A stretch of DNA of 59,002 nucleotides, filler included, from Sphacelaria rigidula (lineage: Eukaryota), in NCBI GenBank assembly GCA_964200075.2. It is 6 parts of 6 records of this genome, joined end to end, with 100 filler letters (N's around TTAATTAATTAA, not from the genome) between each part and the next. Parts side by side here need not be neighbours in the genome. Positions count along the whole stretch, not along the records: positions 39,405 to 49,154 come from CAXNAA020007845.1; positions 49,255 to 59,002 come from CAXNAA020007846.1; 4 more parts are not named here. One strand, 5' to 3'. Under the pieces are notes generated by a model, which saw only the letters and a list, made by a program, of their open reading frames with translations, was not told the origin of the DNA and made no database searches. This document shows positions 48,113 to 59,002 of this stretch, one piece after another. Within the stretch, counting starts at the first letter, position 1, and each line of letters opens with the position of its first letter. The translations under genes were made by a program, and so were the position numbers.

Positions 48113-49154
48113 GTGAGTAGTAGTGAAAGTACGGCAAAGGGACGGAGACATTGAAAGGTAAGGAACGGTAGACCTGGCTGTGTCCGTCATCATAAAAGAG
48201 CACGGGCGGGCGTTTTCCTCATCCCCACGCCGACACCATGAGCGGTGATATCGTCCTAACCTTTCTAACAGGCAGCCATGTGCACGTAAGGAAACCGGTT
48301 TTTCTGCGGTTTTCTTGTACCGTCTAAAATAACTGAATTGTGGTATTTCGTAGTTGTAGAAACACAGAGGCTATCTAGCGGGAGCGTTGTCGTGTCCATA
48401 CACCGTGAGGTTTAGTCACCTCTCACGGGGTCGCCAAAGGCTGCTTCGGCTTCAGCCCAACGAGTGACGCATCCGTAGTCATGTAGCTCGCTCCGAACCC
48501 CTCCCCGAGATCTCTCGGATATATGCATGTCCGTAGACACCAAATGCGCAGTCAAAGATACCGTCCTTGTGCGTGCGAAGCTACGATACTACGGGATGTC
48601 ATATGTCGAAACCCCGGATATTCAAATGACCTGAAAAACGGATACGCCGATGTTTTATGGCTCAGCTGTTGTTAATGGTGATTTTTTCGGAGGCTATTGA
48701 ACAATACTGCCTGTTTTCTTCAGTATATCATTGACCTGTCGCGTTGCTGATCGCGAAAATAGTACCAAATGACCCAGGGTCTTCGACATTCATTCTGTGT
48801 AAAGGCAGACAACATGCATCCCCTTGCGTACGTCAGGTTACAGCAGTGAGTTATTATTTTTTCGGTCCAGTGTACTTTTAACCCTCCCCACCCCCCCCCT
48901 CGCCCCCCTCTCCCCCCCCCTGGTCCGGCGAGAACCCGGCGTGCTCCGTCCCAGCTTCATAGGGGTGGACCCCCGATGGGGTTGACGTCGGTTGGCGATG
49001 ACGCTATGAAGCACGCCACTCACTGCGTAAGCTAGGCAATCAGGTCGATTTTTTGCGCGCTTGCGATTTTTTTGCGGTAACCATGATAGTAGTCGAGCTA
49101 GATCATGTTGTGCGGCATGGGAAAACCTCAACTCCGCACAATGGGGATGATCGT

Positions 49155-49254
49155 NNNNNNNNNNNNNNNNNNNNNNNNNNNNNNNNNNNNNNNNNNNNTT
49201 AATTAATTAANNNNNNNNNNNNNNNNNNNNNNNNNNNNNNNNNNNNNNNNNNNN
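49155..49254. other. Artificial contig linker
   Basis: N44-TTAATTAATTAA-N44. Confidence 0.98.
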
Positions 49255-49634
49255 CTTGTGCCTCGCTGATTTTGTCTTTCGTTTCTAGGATCGTTTCTAC
49301 TCTATCGTTCAGAATTTTACCGAACGTTTTCCCTACTGTGCTCAGTAGCGTTATTCCTCTATGCTTATCTGGATCAGCCTTGACTCCTTTTTTGAAAAGA
49401 TTGACAACTATTCCTTCTCTCCACCTCTTGGGTATGTATTCGTTCGCCCAGATCCAGTTGTACAGCATGACTATCACGGTAATCATTCCGTCTCCCCCGT
49501 ACTTCAGAAATCAATTTACTATTACGTCTGCCCCTGTTTAGCTACGCACTCTTTCACCTCATCTCTAGTAAGCTTTCTCTGCAATTCTGTCGAGCCAGTA
49601 TCCTCCCGTTTCGACGTCTCTACATTTGCCTCAA
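49255..49634 (-). mobile_element. LINE RT N-terminal fragment
   Basis: IPKRWREGIVVNLFKKG..DPDKHRGITLLSTVGKTFGKILNDR...ISEAQ. Confidence 0.88.
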
Positions 49635-50106
49635 GTTCAAGAGGAAATGCGGTGAAGTAGGAATATACTGTTTGGCAATAGGAAAAGTAGAAAGGGAGGG
49701 AGAACACTTCCGAGTCACGCTAAAACGAAGAGCGAGCAATGAGTGTCGGTATGGGCTGGAGGGGTAAAATGGAGAGTATGTATAGCTAATCAGACAGTGA
49801 ATCTAAGAGGTAGCCCTCGGGTAAAAATAGGAAAGGAAAAACGGGAACAAGTGAATGCCCGGACGGGCAAGGGGATGAGTAATAGCGGCTCAAAGCAAAC
49901 AAACGAGGACCAAACCGGAACGGAAGAAAAACTTAAGCTAGGGAAAATAGGAGTCGAAACGACGGGGAGAGAACAATGATAGACGAAACAAGAATGGATA
50001 GTGATTCGAAACAGAAGTTGAGAAAAGGATCGTGGAACGCGTGTAGATTCGCCGTGGAAGAGCGCAAAAGAATGGAGATAGCCGGACACGTGAGGACCTC
50101 ACACCT

Positions 50107-50506
50107 CACACGCGGCCAATTGGCTACCCCCAAAACTCCCTCCACACGGAATTCTACCGCTCCAGAGGGTAAAGAAGCCCCTGGAGGTATTCAATCCCTC
50201 TGGAGGGTGGATACTATCCCCCTCCAGAGAGATTGAACACCGCTAGAGGAACAGACTACACAAAGTCACTCTGGAGGGAGGGAGATGGAGCCCCCCTAGA
50301 GGGGTTATGTGCACTTCGGAGGATCCAACATAAAATGGAATCCCTCCGAAGGTCACTATTTTCCTCCAACGGTGTTTATTCTCTCTGCAGGGTAAATTTT
50401 GACCCCTTCAGAGAGAATAAACACCTCCAGGGACTAACCCGATTCCTCTGGAGGGGTTCATTATCATGTCGCGCGAGTTTTGGGGGTAGCCAAATGACTG
50501 CGTGTG
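50107..50506. mobile_element. 400-bp CAC..GTG MITE (CMC/CACTA-like), 2-bp TSD CT
   Basis: ~32-bp TIR cacacgcggccaattggctacccccaaaactc; internal ctccagagg/cctctggag repeats. Confidence 0.85.
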
Positions 50507-51701
50507 CTGGATACAGTAGAAATCTAAGAGTCATGGGAGAAGGGAGGGCGGAAATAGGATGCAAAGTCGGAGAGTACGCATGGACAGCGAAATGCCGAAG
50601 GTAAAGAAACACATGAATAGAGGACCCGGTAAAGTAGGGTTATTAGTCAAGTAATGCTTGTGTGTCATCATATGAGCGATCAAAGGCATGAAATCCGACG
50701 GGAGCATATGGACAAGGATACCAGGAGGGCGGGGAACGTGCGATTTTTCTCTGTGAGCATCAATATGCCCCCAGAGCCGAAGAGTACGAACACGGTATAC
50801 GGAGGAAGTTTGGAGATATAGCAGCAGCTGTACAGAAGCAAAAAGACGAGGAGAAGTAATGTTAGTGGGAGATGTGAATGCAAGGATTGGAAAAGCAAGT
50901 CAATCGGATGACAATATTGGATAATACGGGAAAGCAAAGAAGAGCACCAGTGGAGTAGAGATATAGGAGTTCCTTGAAAATAACAAGATGGCGTTGAGCG
51001 ATATAGTAAAAAAAACAGACTCGTGATGGATATGAGCTAAGCCATGCAAACAAGAGAGATAAAAATCCATTCTTGACTATATAGTGGTGGAATATGGAAA
51101 AAACAGGGGAATGAAAGTGTTTGTACGGGCAGCGGACATGACAACTACGGATCATTGCCTAACATGGACAGTCAGCCAACAGACGAGAGCTACCACTAGT
51201 AGGCGGAGTAGGAAGTTGTACAAATGGAGAGCAAATGAACTAGAAATAGAGGGAAAGTAACAAGAGTTCCAAGAAGAGATGATCAAGAATGCAGTGAAGT
51301 TTTCCGACCTGTTGGAACGCGTAGATACAGCAAAAAATGAAATAGAAAGGGGTCGGGGAGGAGCGAAGATTGTAGAAGCATGGAAGCAATTGGTCAAGAC
51401 CACAGCAAGGACAGTTACAGGGCAGTAAAATGATGGGACGTGGCAGTAAAAGGAGCTATGAGAGCAAGGAGAGAGGCCCATGCAAGATATTTATCGAGTT
51501 AAAGTACAGTAGGGTGGGAGGAGTATGCCGAAGCTAGAAAAGGGGTGAAGAAGATGGTAGAGAAGAAGAAGGAGGGGATATGAAAATATGTAGTTCATGA
51601 AACAGATGGAGATTTTGAAGGCGGGATGGAGCGAATGTGGGTAGGGATAAAAGGGATAGTGGGCAAACAGGTAGGAGATGCAGACACGGAGATAGCCACA
51701 C

Positions 51702-52740
51702 TATTTATTTTTATTATTTTATATTATTTCCGCACATTAGTCCGATCTCTCGAGCCCGTGGTCACAGACGTAGGCTCGTCTTTCCAACATCATCCTTTCT
51801 ATTTCTTAAGAAAAAATGATCCAGTTTTCAAAGCTTCTTCTGAGACTTCAGGCAAAAACAAAAACAAAACAAACAAAATAACACCAAACAAGAACAAGAT
51901 GAGAGACTCCAAGAAAACAGGAGAGAAATAGCTTCCCCCGAGTTCATCGGGGCGAAGAAAAAAAGGAAAGCGTTAGACCTGCATACAGAAGAAAAAGAGG
52001 GAGGACAAGAAAGAAAATACAGAAGACAAGAGGGAGTTAGCATGGCTACCAAGCAAGGGTCAACTCCACAACCGCAGGCACCCCCATAAAACCCTACCAA
52101 AGCTGTTCGGAAGACGGCAGATGCATTAGCGAGTGTACTACGAGGCGGGCTGCGGGTTACCTTCTGGAGATCCTCGATAGACGATGGGGGGACTCTAGTT
52201 GTAGCACAGCTGAACATTCCTTAGCATGTCATGCTTTGGTCCAGGCTGCCATGTACATCATCATGGTCTCCTCCCTTACGATTCGGTACCACTCGGAAAC
52301 ATCTTGGGTAACCTGCGTCCACGATGTGGCGTTTATTCCGAAATTGGAGTTGTGCTCCGTGACACAATGTTGTAGCCGTCTTGTTGGTCGGCCTGCCTTC
52401 GTCTCTCATCCGACCATCACTTGAAGCATGACGATGTTGGGGAGACGTTCATCGTCACACAACGTGGCCGGTGTGTAGTAGGATTCCCTTCATCACGGTA
52501 GCCTTGATGCACTTGCAGCCAGTTCTTTCGAGGACCTCGTGGTACGGCAGCATGTGGCACGTACAGTTCAACAGTAGTCAGGGGCGCTACGGCTCGAGGT
52601 ATGCTTGTTGAGGTACCCCAGCAGGAATCCCCTGTGGGCCTCCCGTATCGCGCCGAAGTTGTCGTGTGCGATCGTCCAGGTCACGCAGTCGTATGGCATT
52701 GCCTCGATCACTTCAGCCTTCAAGCGACACACTTTGGTGT
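51702..52740 (-). mobile_element. 5'-truncated RTE-type LINE nested in another LINE
   Basis: LKAEVIEAMPYDCVTW...HRGFL...YHEVLERTG...IKATV...GHVV...DERLP (RTE C-terminus). 3' end gtgaccacgggc... with A-rich tail; host frame resumes (gccacact|aagagca). Confidence 0.8.
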
Positions 52741-54054
52741 ACTAAGAGCATCATAGCAAACTAGGGACACCAATAACTAATGAGAGGTTCGACACAGAAT
52801 TCGAGGAAGAAATCAACGCGTGAGCAGAAAAGGTAGTGGCTTAGAAGAACTGCAGAGAGACACTTCACAAGAGAGGGATTAGAAGTAGCGTGTAGCTAAA
52901 CTCAAGATTAGAAAGGCAGCAGGGGCACGAAATAGTGACTCAATTTATGATGTCCGGGGGAGAAGGATGATTCCCATCATGGTTACGGTGTATAGTGGGA
53001 TCTAGGAAAACGAGTACATACCCAAAAGGTGGAAAGAAGGAGTCGTGGTAAACGTTTTGAAGAAAGGAGACAAGGCTGACAGGGATACCGCTACTAAGCA
53101 CCTTGGGGAGCACATTCCGTAAGATTCTGAACGATAGAGTGGGCACGATGCTGCAGAAGGAAGAAAACCGTAGCGGCGTATACCATGTGTACACTTAGGT
53201 AAGATTATTCAAGGTAGGAAAGGCGCCGGGCTAACAACATACAGCATACTATTCTCTTTCTAGACGTACAGAAGGCCTATGAGAGTATGAAGATATGCAT
53301 TGTGAAACAGTTGTAGGAAAACTGAGATTAGGGGAAGGGCCAAGTACCATGATGCTACATGAAGAAATATCGAAATAGTTTTATATTTTACAAGGTGTCA
53401 CAAGTATGTATGTCATCACCCGCTTTATTCAAGGCATTCATCAATGATATGGTGACAACAATATGAGTAGAAAATCAAGGAGTCAAGGTGGGGAAAGATA
53501 CGATATCGGGATTAATGTTCGCGGATGAATGCATGGGGATACTAGAAACGCCAGAAGGAGTGAAGAATCGATTAGAGAAGGCGCTAGAATACTCTGCGAC
53601 ATGGAGAGTGGCAGCACACCTTACACTAATTCGTGGTAGTATGTGACGAAGATGAGGAGAAGTCGGTAGAGTTCGAATGCAAGGGGGGAGAAGAGGAATT
53701 ATCGATCGTAGACCAGCATGCATACCTTAATGTAGGGATCTCAAGCAACCGTGTTTGGGATGCACGCATAGATCAAGTATCAAGCAAGGGCAACCCACCG
53801 ATAGGCAGACGGACGTGGTCCTAAACATTTCGCATCCAAGTACTAGGATGAAGAGATGTACTCTGATGAATGTGGTTCTACCGAAGCTGGAATTTGCGGG
53901 AGAAGTAGCGAAAGGGAAGGCGAAGTTGGTGAAGCAGCTTGGAACAAAAGATTTGTCAGTAGCTAAGGAAAAACTTGGATGCTCAAAAACGACGAGTAAT
54001 GAAGTATTAGGAGCAGAATTGGGAATGTGCCCACTTCAAACATATAGAGATAAA

Positions 54055-54490
54055 TTCTCCCTGTTTGCAGGTGATGCTGTGGTTCGTTGTCCCGGCCAAG
54101 TACCGGAGTGTCGTGGGCTGGAATGTAGTTTGTCCTCCTTGTTCAGCAGCTTGCCCTGCGGCTGATCCAGTGGCAGTTCGTGTCCCACCCCGCGGGTGTA
54201 CACCTGATTGCAGTTCGTCATCTTATATCGCTCCAGCAGGGACTTGGTATAGCTCTCCTGGGCAATACTAATCACCTTCTCGCGCTCACGAGTAACCCCC
54301 ATCTAGAGGATCAACAACACGTCTCCCAGGTGGGTCATCGAAAACGCCCATGAGTTCCCGCTTGATCTTTTCCAGAATTTCGAAGTCTTTCCGGAGCGGT
54401 AGAGCGTCGTCAACTTATAAGGTTAATATGTAGACACCCCCGCCCTCCTGATAGATGTAACCAGCACTATGGGATATGACAAAGATCGTA
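54055..54490 (-). mobile_element. Ty1/Copia reverse transcriptase fragment
   Basis: YILTL*VDD, IKRELM, (L)GDVLL.L.MGVTR, ISIAQESYTKSLLERYKMTNCN, ELPLDQP..KLL. Confidence 0.82.
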
Positions 54491-55444
54491 GAGGCTTTTG
54501 CGAAGCCGCAGTACCATCTAAGTTCCGCTAGCGTCGAACTCGTCGTACCCGGGTGCCATTTTCGGAAGCATGGCCTCCCAACTTCCGTTCTGGGCATCTG
54601 GCGCGGACGCCTTCCGCGGTCACAGGCTAATTACTCAAGATGAGGGATAAGGAAATCATACATTTATATAAACATACCCAAGGACCCAGAAAAATCAACG
54701 CAGACGTGATACAAAAAATAACAAGTGATGACAACCCCAGAAGATTCGGTGCCGCAGGCGACCGTTCGGACCAAAACATAAAGAGCCAATCGCTCCCACT
54801 CGAGACGCGAAGCCAAGCAACAGTAATAGGCGCCTGCTGAATAACAAAACACTCGTAGCGTAAACAACACTACAGCCATGTAGCTCAGATCACGCGTAAA
54901 CCTTCATGTACCACGACACCCTACTCCTGCCACGACTACTTTTGCTGTAGTGCTTCCTCACCACCATGGTGTGCACAGTAAAATGCACAAAGCAAAACAA
55001 AGGAATAATTTTGCCACCGTCGCTTGCGGACAAGCTGATTATCCTTCTCTTGGCGCTGCTCAGCTGCTCGATTGAGCACAGGTAAGGACGTTGAGTATCA
55101 TTCACACATATTTCAGCAGAGACGACATTGCGAAAACTACACACATCCGACAGATCAAAATCCAGAACATGGAGCCTTCTGCGTTCGACACTTGCCACGC
55201 AAAACACGTCATCACATCGCTGTAAAACTCCGTCGCCAACACGTATAGTGGTCCTGGCGAACGGAATAGGAAAACCAGGAAATTCCCTCGTCCCGAGCAA
55301 TTGCCCGATAGCACAGACTGTTCTTGAACATGTTCTCGAACACTATGCCGAGGCCGGTATATTACCTCCTACTAGTTTTGTTCCTGTCTTGCCGGGTGTT
55401 TGGAAGACTGACGATGTTGTCTGGCCGCTATTATCGCCAAGCGT

Positions 55445-55568
55445 TTATTTCTCGTCTATCGCATCGCACAATAAGTCACATTGATCAAACAACGCCTTGG
55501 CCTGTTCTGAATTGCTCGCCAGGTCATCGGCGGGCAGAGTCACCCATCCTCTCTTGTTGTGGAAGTAC
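55445..55568 (-). CDS. Candidate exon of unknown gene or TE relic
   Basis: Polypyrimidine tract plus tccag|G YFHNKRGWVTLPADDLASNSEQAKALFDQCDLLCDAIDEK*. Confidence 0.3.
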
Positions 55569-56864
55569 CTGGATAGCGGCATCGATGGCGGGCGAAAGAC
55601 AAAACAAAACTCAAACGGTCCGCGGCGGAGTGCGAACAATATAATACGTACTTACTACGCACTGAACAATACGCGCCGTCGTGAACGAACAAAGCTAGTT
55701 TGTTCTCATCCTAGTCATCAGTGTCTAGCTAGCTGTCAGTGTACAAAGTAGTGCTAATTCGGTGGCTGCCTGCGTGCATGTACGTCCGTCTCATGGGGTT
55801 CCGACCCTCAGTTTTAAGTTGATTTCAGTGGAAAGAGCTCGTTGCTGATTTCGGTCTCTCTGTGCGTGCATTTCTCTGCATGTGTAACACCATAATATTC
55901 GTGAGATTCAGGGTGTATAACATCGGATTCAGAGTGAGACCCGAAACAATGAACTTTCCCGTCGATTTTGACATCGCCACAGTTCGAGGAGTAATGCGCC
56001 CAGCTGGTGAAGCGGCGGCTTCAATGAAAGCTGTCACCTACACGATCAATTTGACACATCACTTGATCGTAACGACGTGGTCAGTCCATTGCAACAAAAG
56101 ATCCCCTCTTTAAGGAAAAACCGATTAGTGCCTGAAACAGTTTCAGGCCGAAATGCCCCCCCCAGCGTAAAAATACTTTGTGTGGTATCTCACTAACCGG
56201 GCCGCCACATTCCTCGAATGGGGTACTGTACGGTAGCTGCATGCACAGGAGGTGTACTCAAGCAAAAAATAATTGAAAAAAAAATTGCCTGTTAGGAACG
56301 CTAGAGCATCCACTCTGAATCCGATATTACGCTCTGAACCTCACGAATATGTTCTGATGTGTCCATGCGTCTCTCTGTATGTGAAATCACTAAGGGATAC
56401 TATTGACAGGTCTGTTTTCCCGCCCCCCCAAACCCCCGAATTTTCTGGGAGAAAAACGTTCCCTTCGAAAAAAAATGTGAGAGCGGATTTTTCCACGAGG
56501 TCAGACACTAGATCGTTGTAAGACCGACAACATATTTGCCCGAATATCTAGCGTCGAAACGGCTCTTCAGCAAAAGCATTTCCGGAGAGACCGAAGAAAA
56601 TTCCGAATTTTTGGAAAAATTCAACGAAATATGAAATGTCCCCATTAATAAGACCCCTACTTCCACCCTCACGCGGTCACCATCTTCCGCGACTTTCGTT
56701 CAAGTCCATAGAGCGCGCAGCGCGCTCAACTTTCATTGCCCGCAGAAACATTCTCCTCGATCGTCATGATGAGCTGATTGCGGGTCAATGTAGTACAAAT
56801 AGATCAATCCTGTTTCGGGCTTGTTCGAACATACTCAGATGAGAGAAGCCGATCCTTTTTCATG

Positions 56865-57245
56865 CACGTCAACGTGCTCCTTGGAAACTGCTTGGATGTG
56901 GCTGGTGGTTGACTCCGAGTTACCCCACAGAGTACTGTTCTGATATATGAGACTGTTTTGTGTAGGCGCGGGCTTGATATGGATGTCGAGATCCCGAGCT
57001 GTGTAGGTCAACGTTCTCCTTGGAAAGTGCTTGTGTGTGGTACATGGTGGGAGGGTCCGAGATTATTCGCGGAGTATTGCCTGTGTACGGTAGGTTGGAA
57101 TAGCCCAGATCAATAGTTTGAGGTTGCAGCGGATCTTGCCATGACTATTTCTTGTCTTGATTATTGCGCAGAGTACCGTCCTGTGTTGGGCAAATTTGAG
57201 TAGCCGAGACGAGTGATCAGGAGCTGCACGGGATCTTTTGTGTGC
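56865..57245. repeat. Degenerate tandem repeat (~105-140-bp units)
   Basis: caacgt.ctccttggaaa.tgcttg..tgtgg occurs twice and gagta.(t/c)g..ctg three times. Confidence 0.6.
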
Positions 57246-58257
57246 ATGAAATTTATTTCGTTTCCCTTTTGCCGTTGATATTGAGCGACTGCCATAGTTG
57301 CCATGCTTTACGTTTTCCGAGGCCAGAAGAAAGTGATACGCACCGTCTCACGCTTGCTGACCTCTCAAGTTTGGTTGCCAGCTAATCAACAAGCTCATCA
57401 ACAGCGTGTGGGACAACTCATTTTCGTATCTCCACGGGATGAGCCGAGTCCCTACACGTGAGCCTATGGTGAACGGGTATTTTCTCGCTCGTGTTGTATC
57501 CTATATTCGACTTCCACATCACGTCAAGTCAATTGTTTGACTGCAGTGCGCATTGCACATGATACCTACGAGGAACAGCCGTCGACGAAACACCACTTGG
57601 CCTCCGCCTCTGCTCAAGCGCGAACCGAGACATTTGATTTGATATAATTAGGAGGTCAACTCCCTTCAGGGGAACACCCTTTTCCTTAATTAAAGACGAC
57701 GGGTTGATGAAATCTTCACGACGTACTGCATGATTCGGATGAATCATGGCTAGATTCGTCTTTCATGTGCGACAGACTACAAAGACTTCGAAGACTTCCA
57801 GCCCCATCCACACATGGGGAGATGCACATATTGATGAAATTTGCACACACTTTCTCGCGGACACGTGCCGATTACCTTGACCACCCGTGCTAAATAATGG
57901 TATTATGACGGCCCTTCTCGGAATGCTTTCAATACTTTTCTCAAGCTACCCTTGAACCAGCAATCAGAACGTATATCACGCAAGAGCAAATAAGTGTTGA
58001 GCGGGTCGCGAAATTTTGGTGGGGAAGTGCTGTAGACACAACGCCGCATTGAAAATAAACCAAGCAGTAAGTGCTTTTGTTTGTTATGACCACGCGGGGG
58101 GTTCCTCCAGGATCAGCTACATGTGTCGCGACCAAGTCTATTGGAGCTGGCGTAACTGTGGCTGTCTAGGATACAGTGCTATAATAGTATCAAGTGTATT
58201 GTACAAAATATCAACAATGATGTACAGCATAGTAAAGTATTTAATATATTAAGCCTG

Positions 58258-58657
58258 CACACGCGGCCATTCGGCTACCCCCAAAATACTCTGTTCCGGT
58301 CAACGTTCGAGCCTCCAGAGGAATTAAACACCTCTATAGGGTGCGCGGTCCTCCAGAGGGGTGGGATTGAACGCCTCCGGTGGCTTGTTTCACCTCTGGA
58401 GGGACGCGTACCCTCTGGAGGAACTTGGAGAATGCGCAGCCCTCCAGAGCAACATCGTTTTTGTTGCTCTCGAGGGATTCAGACCTGATAAGTCACTGGA
58501 GCATCAGATGCCCTCCAGAGGATTTGTTTTATGACCGGAACTGAGTATGAAATACCCTCTAGGGGGTATTTTTATCCTCCGGAGGGTCACTTCAACCTCG
58601 AGAGGATGACAATCGCCATAGATGATGTTTATGGGGGTAGCCGCATGGCCGCGTGTG
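58258..58657. mobile_element. Second 400-bp CAC..GTG MITE, 2-bp TSD TG
   Basis: TIR cacacgcggccattcggctacccccaaaa / tttatgggggtagccgcatggccgcgtgtg; same internal motif as 50107. Confidence 0.85.
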
Positions 58658-59002
58658 TGTAGTGCACCTCGGATACGTGCATCGTGTGAACACAAGTGGA
58701 GTCGTAGAGGACCACCTTATTCTGCGACAGCCAATTAATCGATGAATTAATCAATCAAGCAGATGACCCTTCGATCGCCAGGGTGGGCAACGTGGATTTC
58801 AGCATAATCGTTGAAGTGAAATATGATGCCGATCCAGCACATGACCCGTCCAGGGGGTGAACGATTCAATCAATCAACCAACCAACCAACCAACCGATAT
58901 CTGGGTTCGAAAAAAGTCGATTTTCCAAACGACATGTTTTTGTTGGCGAGTGTCAGTGTGTTGGATGGTGGCCAGAGACGGCGAAACAGGACGGGGATAA
59001 GA

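Larger units (their letters stand above)
49640..54050 (+). mobile_element. Highly degenerate copy of the APE-RT LINE, interrupted by nested insertions
   Basis: Colinear with 45125-47030 (tatactgtttggcaa, catatggacaagga, gacgtacagaaggcctatga, gttcgcggatga, gagcagaattgggaatg); retains the EN-RT linker. Confidence 0.85.

Noticed and set aside
49255..49700. Twin-priming 5' inversion of a single LINE
   Set aside because: The plus-strand copy contains the same RT segment again (~52800-53170), so these are two separate copies.

Overview
This is eukaryotic, intron-rich, repeat-dense genomic DNA, most likely from a brown alga (Phaeophyceae). That is an inference from GT-AG exon chains, a heterokont ASAFAP-type plastid presequence and the repeat families. 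The window is not one locus. It is six unrelated ~9.75-kb contigs (1-9752, 9853-19603, 19704-29454, 29555-39304, 39405-49154, 49255-59002) joined by artificial N44-TTAATTAATTAA-N44 linkers, so most of the six-frame ORF track is noise. Manual splicing gives six partial genes: (1) a TBL/PC-esterase-like SGNH protein (- strand); (2) an unknown Pro-rich protein; (3) a GFA/CENP-V-domain protein with a long disordered tail; (4) a plastid/thylakoid-lumen-targeted protein; (5) a BRE1/HUB1-like E3 ligase N-terminus, divergent from gene 4; (6) a WD40 protein with a probable GC-AG intron that hosts a LINE. The rest is transposon-derived: APE-RT LINEs, an RTE LINE, a Copia RT fragment, tRNA-derived SINEs, CAC..GTG (CMC-type), hAT-like and piggyBac-like non-autonomous elements, foldback hairpins and satellites. 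I cannot support a clearly new biological system. The best leads are a ~410-bp TRIM carrying a tRNA-Met-like Pol III segment, the TBL-like gene, a possible KDZ transposase relic and an exactly 400-bp MITE family.
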